From: a virus
Taxonomy: Duplodnaviria; Caudoviricetes
Reading direction: 5' to 3' (one strand)
IMG/VR virus record: IMGVR_UViG_3300031949_001704
Span: 1-33,556 of that record
DNA length: 33,556 nt
Every line of letters starts with the position of its first letter. Position 1 is the stretch's first letter. A program made the translations under genes and the position numbers. A model generated the notes under the pieces. The model saw only the letters and a list, made by a program, of their open reading frames with translations. It did no database searches and was not told where the DNA came from. Positions 1 through 7,376 of the stretch are shown here, piece by piece.

Positions 1-123
1 CTGGAGCCGATCGGGAATATTCCCCCGACGGAGTTCGAAGAGGTATATTATCGCAGTGGAAAAGCGCAGGTCCACGTGGCCTGACTCAACAAAAACAGTC
101 TCCGGGAAAACCGGGGCGGTTCA
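1..123 (+). mobile_element. Right end of an IS3-family (IS51-like) element: last codons of OrfB (stop 82-84) plus right inverted repeat
   Basis: Frame 1 reads LEPIGNIPPTEFEEVYY..., a typical IS3 OrfB C-terminus, followed by AGTCTCCGGGAAAACCGGGGCGGTTCA, an IS3-type IR ending in CA at 123. Confidence 0.85.
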
Positions 124-342
124 CTGCAAGCGACGCAATTCCATCTGCTCGGCACTCAGATGACCGGTCCCGATAAATGCGCTCTCCTTCTGATCAGTGA
201 ATTGCTGTTTCCAACGATGAAGAAGATTCTCACCTATACCTAAATCTCGGGCAACTGCCGCAACCGGGCGACGCTCCTCAGTAACCAATCTCACGGCCTC
301 AACTTTGTAAGCCCTGTCAAACTGTCGACGCTTCTTCGACAT
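121..342 (-). pseudogene. IS3-family transposase OrfA (HTH_Tnp_1), truncated
   Basis: MSKKRRQFDRAYKVEAVRLV...VARDLGIGENLLHRWKQQ; GGAGG RBS upstream; the stop codon is supplied by the terminal TCA of the other IS. Confidence 0.85.
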
Positions 343-408
343 AAACACACCTCCTCATAGAATTAAACACTATCTTCTCGATGTGTCCACTAAATCGGGG
401 GAGGTTCA
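124..408 (-). mobile_element. Left end of a second IS3-family element (IRL plus OrfA), truncated by the first IS
   Basis: Minus strand begins TGAACCTCCCCCGATTTAGTGGACAC at 408 (IS3-type IR) and is followed by OrfA. Confidence 0.85.
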
Positions 409-1627
409 GTGCAATGAAGTGAAAGCTAGGTATCCGGAGAAGACTATAGTCATCGGAGAGACTGGTTGGCCATCGCAGGGAGAAATCAGAGTCCATGCGG
501 TTCCCAGCGAAGAGAATCAAAGGAGGTATCTTTCCGATTTTAGGTCAATGGCTGATAGTATCGGCATTGATTGTTTCTTCTTTGAGGTCTTCGACGAAGA
601 GTGGAAAGGCCTACAGGGTGAAGGCGAGGTAGGCAAACACTGGGGGCTCTATTACTCAAATGGTTCACCAAAACCGCTTATGGTTGACCTGCTACCGGAT
701 TCAGCGCAAGAGGGCATTACTCGACCCGAGAGAGCAGTCGATACGACTGAGGCGGAATTGCCACTCTACGTGTATTACGATGGCTGTGATACGCTTAACG
801 GCTTTCGTCCGAGCGGATGGATGGGGGAACTTGAGCAGTTTGCCGAAAACGATACAACCTCCGGAGATCCTACCGAGGTGCTGTACGAACTTCACACAGA
901 GAATCCGTATTCGGGAGAAACATGCACACGGATATCTTACACACCTTCGCCCGGGCAATGGGGCGGAATCTACTGGCAGTTTCCAGTCAATAACTGGGGT
1001 TTGTACCCAGGCTATGATCTCTCCGCATCTACAAATGGGAGTGATTCAGTTAAACTGACCTTCCGTGTAAGAGGGCACACTGGAGGGGAAAGAGGTGAAT
1101 TCAAGACCGGTGGCATTCGTGCCCCCGGCCTTGGCAATTGGGACTCTTACGGTCCAATCTCTACTGGCGTCATTATATTGAGCACTCAGTGGGAAGAATA
1201 CTCGCTCGATCTGACGGGTCGGGACCTCTCCTCAGTCATAGGGGGATTCGTCTGGGTCACTAACTACAGTCAGAATCCTCAGGGGGCCACCATATACCTT
1301 GATGATATTGCCTTTGAGACTTTGACGCCGACAGGTGTCTGGGAAGAGATAAGTACAACGCCCACCGACTATTCTTTGAGCCAGAACTACCCCAACCCCT
1401 TCAACCTGATCACTGAAATCAGCTTCTCCTTACCTGCTGCCTCACACGTGAAACTGGAAATCTTCAACGTCATGGGCCAGAAGGTGGCCACCGTGGCCGA
1501 TAGACATCTTGAAGCTGGAAACCGCAGCGTTACCTGGGATGGAAGTCAGGTAGCCAGCGGTGTCTACCTTTATCGATTGACGGCAGGCGATTCTGTGGAA
1601 AGCAAGAAAATGGTTCTGCTTAAGTAA
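409..1627 (+). pseudogene. 3' part of a secreted GH17-like beta-1,3-glucanase with a carbohydrate-binding-like domain and a C-terminal T9SS type A/FlgD-Ig sorting domain; 5' end cut off by IS
   Basis: IVIGETGWPS, FFFEVFDEEWK and HWGLY GH17 motifs; C-terminal LSQNYPNPFN...ASGVYLYRL...KKMVLLK; the ORF-track start at 383 lies inside the IS inverted repeat. Confidence 0.8.
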
Positions 1628-1657
1628 TCTTTTTTTGGCGACCCAGCATCTCGACAC

Positions 1658-3151
1658 CTAATTTCGGAATCGCCATCGCAAGCACGGCTCGGACAAGCGG
1701 AATCCGGCGGTGTTGAGCGGCATGGAGCCGAGCCGCATGGGCCGGGTTTGGTCCACCGACAACAGCAAGCCTGTGTGATTCAGCCTGCGGCGGTTGAGCA
1801 GGAGCGTCTCCACGCGTCTGCGACGCGGTATGCCCGTGTCCACGTCCATCTCGAAGGATGCGCGGGTCTCGGTCACATAGGCGTCGGTCAGTTCGGCGAG
1901 GTTGAGCGCCTTGTTGTTCAGGGAGAAGCCGGGCCTGCGGGCGCGCCAGCGGTCGACGATGTCCCATGCGCCGGATACCTCCGACCACTGAGCATCGGCG
2001 TAAACGGTGATGAAGAGGTGACGACCCACAGCCGCGCCGGAGACCTTGTCGTTTCTTCCGAGCCTCGAATGCCCGACGCGGAACCAATGGGAGAGCCGCG
2101 ACCGCTTCCCGTACCGGTGTGTGCGGCGGTCTCCCGCGACGTCGGGCGAGTCCTGTCTCGCCTCCAAGAGCAGGTCTTTCTGGCGGAACTTGATCCGGCA
2201 AGACTGAGCGGAGCGGTTCAGGCGGGATCGGTTCAAGTCCTGGCCAGCCAGCCGGATGAACGAGACGCCCGGTTCCACTGCGGGCTTGGTTTCGATCTCG
2301 CAGCAGAACGACGCATGCCGTTCGCTAATCCACAGGTTCGGCAGGCGTTCGGCGTTCAGGTTGCCGGTGTTCAGACGGAACCGGGGGGAGCGGCCATGCC
2401 AGCGGGAGACGCACACCGCGGCTCGCTCGATTTCCTGCATGAGCGTGGTGCCGTCGGTGATCCGCCACCAGCCCCAGGTCTTGTTCTTGCGGGTGAGATG
2501 GAAATCCGTATTCAGGGCATTGTGGTTGACCACGAACGTTTCGTGCAGATGCCCGAGGCACACCCGCTCGACGACCTTCTTGATGACCGCTTCGAAATTC
2601 GACTCCATGGAAAGGATCGTGTAGAGCCACTGCAGGAAGAAAACACGCGTTCCGGCGGGATGATGGAAGGGCAGCGCGTCACGGACTCCCTGGACGAGGT
2701 TGTCGCTGTCGATACGGTAGACGCCCAGGCTATAGATCAGCCCGGGCAACTTCGCCCGTCCGACGACCGAACGGCGGTTCAGACGCAGCGCCTTGTGGAA
2801 AGTCTCCTCGATGCGCCCCTCCCACCCGATGTCAACGAGCGAGCGGCCGATGGCGGGGATGGTTGCCTTGCGCCGGTAAGTCTCTATGGACTCGCGGATA
2901 AACCTGCGCTGGGCGGCAGCATCGACGGTGGGATCGAAACGGTGACCGACGATCCCGCCGAGAAACGGCAGGAATCTCTCCTCGCAACGCCCGACGTCGA
3001 AGATCTCGGGAAAGCGTTCGGCAAGAGTCTTCAGCTCGTCCAGGCTCGCGGCCGGGACCTTGAGAAAAGCATCCAGATCGCCGGACTCATCCCGTTCGCG
3101 GTAGAGAGGCGGAAGGAGATCGATGAGTTTCTTTTCGAAGTAGGAGGACAT
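1658..3151 (-). CDS. Phage tail/baseplate wedge protein (P2 gpI-like N-terminus) with repetitive C-terminal region
   Basis: LIDLLPPLYRERD...DVGRCEERFLPFLGGIVG...IETYRRKAT pattern; translationally coupled to the upstream baseplate J fragment. Confidence 0.7.
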   Translation of the reverse strand: MSSYFEKKLIDLLPPLYRERDESGDLDAFLKVPAASLDELKTLAERFPEIFDVGRCEERFLPFLGGIVGHRFDPTVDAAAQRRFIRESIETYRRKATIPAIGRSLVDIGWEGRIEETFHKALRLNRRSVVGRAKLPGLIYSLGVYRIDSDNLVQGVRDALPFHHPAGTRVFFLQWLYTILSMESNFEAVIKKVVERVCLGHLHETFVVNHNALNTDFHLTRKNKTWGWWRITDGTTLMQEIERAAVCVSRWHGRSPRFRLNTGNLNAERLPNLWISERHASFCCEIETKPAVEPGVSFIRLAGQDLNRSRLNRSAQSCRIKFRQKDLLLEARQDSPDVAGDRRTHRYGKRSRLSHWFRVGHSRLGRNDKVSGAAVGRHLFITVYADAQWSEVSGAWDIVDRWRARRPGFSLNNKALNLAELTDAYVTETRASFEMDVDTGIPRRRRVETLLLNRRRLNHTGLLLSVDQTRPMRLGSMPLNTAGFRLSEPCLRWRFRN

Positions 3152-3543
3152 CAGGACGCCCTCCGCACGTCGAGGTTGACCTGACCAAGCGCCGCGATCT
3201 GACCGGCGCGGATGTCGACGTCCTGGGTCGGCGTGTACATGCGCACGTGGCTCACGCCCCGCACGCCGTCCAAAAGCGCTACCAGATCCGAGAAATGGAC
3301 CGGCGCACCGAAGCTCATGCGGTCGAAGGCGAAGAAGTCGGCCAATGCCTGTTCGACGCGGCTCCGGACCAGGTCGAGGTCCTCGCCGGCATAGGCGAAC
3401 ACCTCCGCGTCAACCGAGACCGGCCGATAGACGGGATCGAAGAGGTTGATCTCGACAGTGATGACTTTGCGCGATTCCAGGTATTCGGCCAGGTCCTGTT
3501 TGAGAAGCGTTGACGGGGGACCGCCGCCGTCCGGGGCCCCGAA
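3151..3543 (-). pseudogene. C-terminal fragment of baseplate J/gp47-like protein
   Basis: Frame is open from 3543 (APDGGGPPSTLLKQDLAEYLESRKVITVEINLFDPVY...FGAPVHFSDLVALLDGVRGVSHV); in-frame TGA at 3544-3546 and no plausible start. Confidence 0.7.
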
Positions 3544-3706
3544 TCATACCCCTGATATCCGAGACGGCCAAGTTCGCCCGGAGCCTGATCTTTCTTGGCA
3601 AATAGGCCAGGAACGCCTTGACTTCCAGGGGCTTAAATGCCTGTGTGTTAATGTGCGTAACACTATGGTATGCAATACGTTGAACCTCTTGAAAGGAGAA
3701 AACGCC

Positions 3707-4066
3707 ATGAGTGAAACACTGCATGATGCCGCCCAGGCCTACCTGGAACACCTTCGCGGCCAGGGCAAAAAGGAGCGGACGCTCTATACTTACTCCAAGG
3801 ATTTCGAGCAGATCGAAGCCTTCTTCGGGGCGGAGCGGAAACTGTCTGGTATTCTGGCACCGCATGTCGGTAAGTTCTTCAGGTCGGACGCTCTCTTGAA
3901 GCTGCCCAGCGGCAAAAAGCGGGCGAAGCCCACCGTGGATAAGACCACGCGGGTGTTCCGGATGTTCCTGATCTGGGCCAAAGAAACCGGTCGCATCGAG
4001 AAGCTGCCTCTGCCCAAGGATACGCCCATGGGCCGGAGCCGGAAGGAAGACGAGGACAATGAATAA
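3707..4066 (+). CDS. Stand-alone integrase N-terminal SAM-like (core-binding) domain protein
   Basis: GAAAGGAG RBS, ATG 3707; YLEHLRGQGKKERTLYTYSKDF...TVDKTTRVFRMFLIWA; overlaps the start of the next gene. Confidence 0.7.
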   Translation: MSETLHDAAQAYLEHLRGQGKKERTLYTYSKDFEQIEAFFGAERKLSGILAPHVGKFFRSDALLKLPSGKKRAKPTVDKTTRVFRMFLIWAKETGRIEKLPLPKDTPMGRSRKEDEDNE

Positions 4067-4997
4067 TACCGCCCCCAGTGCGGTGCGGTTGATACCGGCG
4101 CTTGATCTTGTCGAACAGGCCGTGTGTGCCTTTGGCCGTAAGCTCGAAGCGGATGGGCGCTCACCCAATACAGTGAGCGCATATCTGCGAGACCTGCGCA
4201 CGCTCGCCAGAGTCCTGGCCTCTATTCGTCCCGACCTCTCCATGGACCAGGTGGCCCCTGGAATACTTGACCAGGTCCTCACCGACCCAGCCGTGACGGA
4301 GACAGCGGGCGGTGCGCCGCGCTCAGCCGCGTCACTGCACCGATTCAAGGCTGCGGTAAGGTCCTTTTTCGCCTGGGCCGAGGAGGCAGAGCTCCTTCCG
4401 GAAAACCCAGCCCGGTCGGTCACCATGCGCCGACTGCCGCGTACGCCGCCGATGTTTCTCACCGAAGCCGAGAAACGCAGGTTACTCAGCGCACTCCGCG
4501 GACGATCTTCGACCCTGGCTCGACGGGATCGGGTTATCATCGAGTTGTTCCTCGGTACCGGCATCCGCCTCCAGGAGCTTGTCTCTCTGGACATCGACGA
4601 CGTTGATCTCGACGCGAAGCATCTGCGCGTCCGCGCCAAGGGCAACCTACCACAAGTGAAGTTCCTCAAGTCCGACCTTCGCTCCCTCCTACGCCGATAC
4701 CTCGCAGAGCGCCGAAGGCAAGGCACCGCCGACGCCGCGCTTTTTCTCTCCAACCGCGGAACGCGCATCTCGCCGAGGCAGGTAGCCAACCGCGTCAAGT
4801 TCTGGCTGACCGAGGCGGGTATCAAGAAGAGCCTTGGCCCTCACGGGCTGCGGCACAGCTTCGCTACCCACCTGTATGCCGCCACGTCCGACTTGCTTGT
4901 GGTCAAGCGCGCGCTCGGCCACCGGAACATCTCCACCACGGAGATCTATACCCACCTGGTTGATGGCGCTCTTGAAGAGGCGCTCGAACGGCTCTGA
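4059..4997 (+). CDS. XerC/XerD-like tyrosine recombinase
   Basis: Catalytic motifs TGIRLQEL, AKG, HGLRHSFAT, LGHRNISTTEIY. Confidence 0.92.
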   Translation: MNNTAPSAVRLIPALDLVEQAVCAFGRKLEADGRSPNTVSAYLRDLRTLARVLASIRPDLSMDQVAPGILDQVLTDPAVTETAGGAPRSAASLHRFKAAVRSFFAWAEEAELLPENPARSVTMRRLPRTPPMFLTEAEKRRLLSALRGRSSTLARRDRVIIELFLGTGIRLQELVSLDIDDVDLDAKHLRVRAKGNLPQVKFLKSDLRSLLRRYLAERRRQGTADAALFLSNRGTRISPRQVANRVKFWLTEAGIKKSLGPHGLRHSFATHLYAATSDLLVVKRALGHRNISTTEIYTHLVDGALEEALERL

Positions 4998-5272
4998 TCC
5001 GCAGGCAGGCACGAGAACCTTGCGGTCCCTCGGGACCGCGTTCTCGTTCGGGGACGTGAGAAGCCTTCCGGCAACGCCCACGCAGTCTCCATGTTCGCGC
5101 ACCTTGCCGAGACTCACCGATGCCCCTGCAGGCGTCCAAGCCCGTATTACGGAAAGAACGCTTAATCGAAACTTCCTGGAACAGGGGTTATCGGAACTTC
5201 CTGCCGGTGGCAACGCCGTAAGTCCCTGTGTTTCCGGGGCTGTTCTGCGGGCCCCCCTGGTGTTATCCGCAA

Positions 5273-5779
5273 TCATTTTCGCGTTTTTATTCTCTTGGCT
5301 ATCTTCTTAGCCGGTTTCTTCTTCGATTCAGCCAGCTTTTCCAACAGCGCTGTGGCCCATTCCGCCGGGGTTGTCTCCGGTCCTTTGACTGCTTCGCCCT
5401 CCCTGGCGATCTTCGTTGCTTTAAGGTCCTTCAGGTGACAGCGGATCATGCGGTCCAGTTTCTCGGCCGCATCCCAGTCGCCGGCTTCCTGGGCTCGCCC
5501 CAGCTTGAGGAAGTAAACCGCCACCAATTCGACCTGCATGAAGTCCGAACTCTTGTTGAACACGAAGTCCTGGTAGAGCTGGGCGATAATGGTTTCGAAG
5601 AGGGGCTTCTCGTCCTCGGCAAGAAACCGGTTGGCATAGATACCGTGACGCATCGAGTTCAGGTTACCCTCCGGTGGGCCGTGCTTCCGTTCGGCTCCCG
5701 AGTTCCGCTGCCAGCGATCCAGATGCGTCGTGTCCTTCTTGCTGAGGTGTCCGTCGTTCTGTTTCGCTCCATCTTTCAT
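5273..5779 (-). CDS. Terminase small subunit-like protein
   Basis: GPPEGNLNSMRHGIY motif (GxPxGNxNAxxHG type); lies downstream of the replication module; start at ATG 5779 is inferred. Confidence 0.5.
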   Translation of the reverse strand: MKDGAKQNDGHLSKKDTTHLDRWQRNSGAERKHGPPEGNLNSMRHGIYANRFLAEDEKPLFETIIAQLYQDFVFNKSSDFMQVELVAVYFLKLGRAQEAGDWDAAEKLDRMIRCHLKDLKATKIAREGEAVKGPETTPAEWATALLEKLAESKKKPAKKIAKRIKTRK

Positions 5780-5858
5780 GGTCCACTCGCTCGTGTTCCC
5801 AAGCCGGGGTTCGGGGCGGAAGGCAGATTTCGCCCTCACTAAGGCAAGACCCCTTCAT

Positions 5859-5889
5859 TACCTACCGGCTGGAGTCGTGAAGCGTCGGG
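5859..5889 (-). promoter_or_regulatory. Repeated bipartite promoter motif, copy 1
   Basis: CCCGACG-N14-CCGGTAGGTA upstream of the terminase-small-like gene. Confidence 0.65.
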
Positions 5890-6128
5890 GATGATTCCGT
5901 GCGGCTTTCGGCAAAGATCTGCCGCACGCGGCGCGGAGTCACGCCCGATAGTCTTGCGATCTCACGCGTAGAGATTCCCTGGTCCTTCAGTGCAAGCACC
6001 AGTCTGCGGCGCTCATGATAGAAACAGGTGTCGCTCGGCACCCAGAGCAGGCCAGTGAAGTGCTCCTGAAGAGCACGCAACAAGTCGGACGGCAGGACAT
6101 CCTTGGCATTAGCATAGTCTCGTTTCAC
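5862..6128 (-). CDS. Small HTH protein (CD3324-like)
   Basis: YANAKDVLPSDLLRALQ N-terminus and GISTREIARLSGVTPRRVRQI helix-turn-helix. Confidence 0.65.
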   Translation of the reverse strand: MKRDYANAKDVLPSDLLRALQEHFTGLLWVPSDTCFYHERRRLVLALKDQGISTREIARLSGVTPRRVRQIFAESRTESSPTLHDSSR

Positions 6129-6958
6129 TTTTCACTCCTCATCCTCCTCAGCCATGGTTGATCCACGTCTGGGTTGTAGAATCTCAGACGGTTCTCTTTC
6201 GATGTCGTTCCGACAATCTCGATTGACTGCGGAGTAACTTCGCCGATACGCACATTGCCATCCAGAAAGCACACCAGGCCGTAGTCCTGGCCGTAAGGGA
6301 AGCGAAGACATCCGCGGTTCTGGTAGAGCCTGGCTTCGCTCCATCCGAGGGAAAAGGCTCGGTCACGGATGGCATCCACCATGGCAATGGCCGACGGTGA
6401 AACCTCCTGTGTAAATGGCCAGTCGCCCTCTTTCGGGAAGAGATACTGCTGGACCGCACGAGGCGTCTTCTCCCGTGCGGCTTGTCCGGGAAGATATCGA
6501 GCATCCTGTTCGAATGTCTCGATTACCGGCGGAGAATATATCTTCGGGTCCAGCGTCTTGGCTGCGGAAAGTAGTACGTCCTCGCCGAAATGCTCCATGG
6601 CCCAGACGTGGATATCATTGAACCGGATACGCAACGTCTCGAAAGCAGATGATGAGATTCGTCCCGAGCCCGCAGCTCTTCTGGCCAGTGCCATTTTGCG
6701 CCTGAGCCAAGCGTAGTAATCTGGATCGAGCCTACGGTAACAGGTGTTGTCAATGCTGACGTCCCGAGCGTAGTACTGTAGCGTCAACGTCTCCCATGAC
6801 TCAAGGTTCGTAGCCACGTAGAGCGCCGCTTCCTGCGTGGTTCCATTTCCGTGTGGGACGTTTTCAACAGAGGATGGGGTCTTCTCCTCGGTTTCCGGGA
6901 CATCAATCGGTATTGTGTCCCTGGCCGTCTGTTCCATCATGAGTTTGAGAAGGCTCAC
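6125..6958 (-). CDS. Hypothetical phage protein
   Basis: 277-aa ORF preceded by a copy of the repeated promoter motif and coupled to the next gene. Confidence 0.6.
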   Translation of the reverse strand: MSLLKLMMEQTARDTIPIDVPETEEKTPSSVENVPHGNGTTQEAALYVATNLESWETLTLQYYARDVSIDNTCYRRLDPDYYAWLRRKMALARRAAGSGRISSSAFETLRIRFNDIHVWAMEHFGEDVLLSAAKTLDPKIYSPPVIETFEQDARYLPGQAAREKTPRAVQQYLFPKEGDWPFTQEVSPSAIAMVDAIRDRAFSLGWSEARLYQNRGCLRFPYGQDYGLVCFLDGNVRIGEVTPQSIEIVGTTSKENRLRFYNPDVDQPWLRRMRSEK

Positions 6959-6994
6959 TTCCGGTACTCCAGTTGGCTGAATTTCCTCGCGAGA

Positions 6995-7025
6995 TACTTA
7001 CCGGAACGAACCGGATACTGCCGGA
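6995..7025 (-). promoter_or_regulatory. Repeated bipartite promoter motif, copy 2
   Basis: TCCGGCA-N14-CCGGTAAGTA upstream of 6125..6958. Confidence 0.65.
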
Positions 7026-7026
7026 T

Positions 7027-7350
7027 TGCGAAGGTGCGAAGGGTCAAAGGCATGAAAAAGACCTTCGCAGGAGCCTTCGCATTGCTGTAACTGATTGATA
7101 TGAAAGATAGATATGATAAAGAGAAGGTGAAGGTGCGAAGGTAGTAGGTAGAGTCATTCACGTGTAAGCGAAGAAATACACAGGCGAACCAGTCAGAGAC
7201 CGGGGACCATAACTAGTGAGAATATTTTTCGCGTAAGGGGGGCTGACCCCGGAAACCCTTCGCACCTTCGCACGATCAATCTAACCATTTGGTGTGAATG
7301 GGCTTGCAGGCGCGAAGGTCGTTCACCGTTTGCGAAGGGTACCCTTCGCA
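7027..7350. repeat. Iteron-like cluster (TGCGAAGG x9, both orientations); putative replication origin
   Basis: Exact copies start at 7027, 7035, 7062, 7074, 7134, 7257, 7265, 7331, 7343; perfect 20-bp palindrome at 7331-7350; AT-rich stretch ~7085-7125; directly downstream of the primase gene. Confidence 0.75.
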
Positions 7351-7376
7351 TAGTCCCAGCAGAGACATGGGTTTCT

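Noticed and set aside
383-408. Start of the GH17-like ORF given in the ORF track
   Set aside because: Lies within the IS inverted repeat, so it is not the native start
1748-3184. Long plus-strand ORF (478 aa); likewise 3410..4825, 9078..10682, 18142..19560, 23038..23973
   Set aside because: Antisense shadows of well-supported GC-rich genes, with no recognisable motifs
4059-4997. Tyrosine recombinase as the integron integrase for the attC sites
   Set aside because: No visible IntI-specific insertion upstream of the HxLRH box, no attI adjacent, and it lies about 8 kb from the nearest attC-like site; looks Xer-like
7027-7350. Repeats as a CRISPR array or as coding ORFs (6955..7161, 7193..7480)
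   Set aside because: Repeats are 8 bp, irregularly spaced and in both orientations; the ORFs have no convincing protein features
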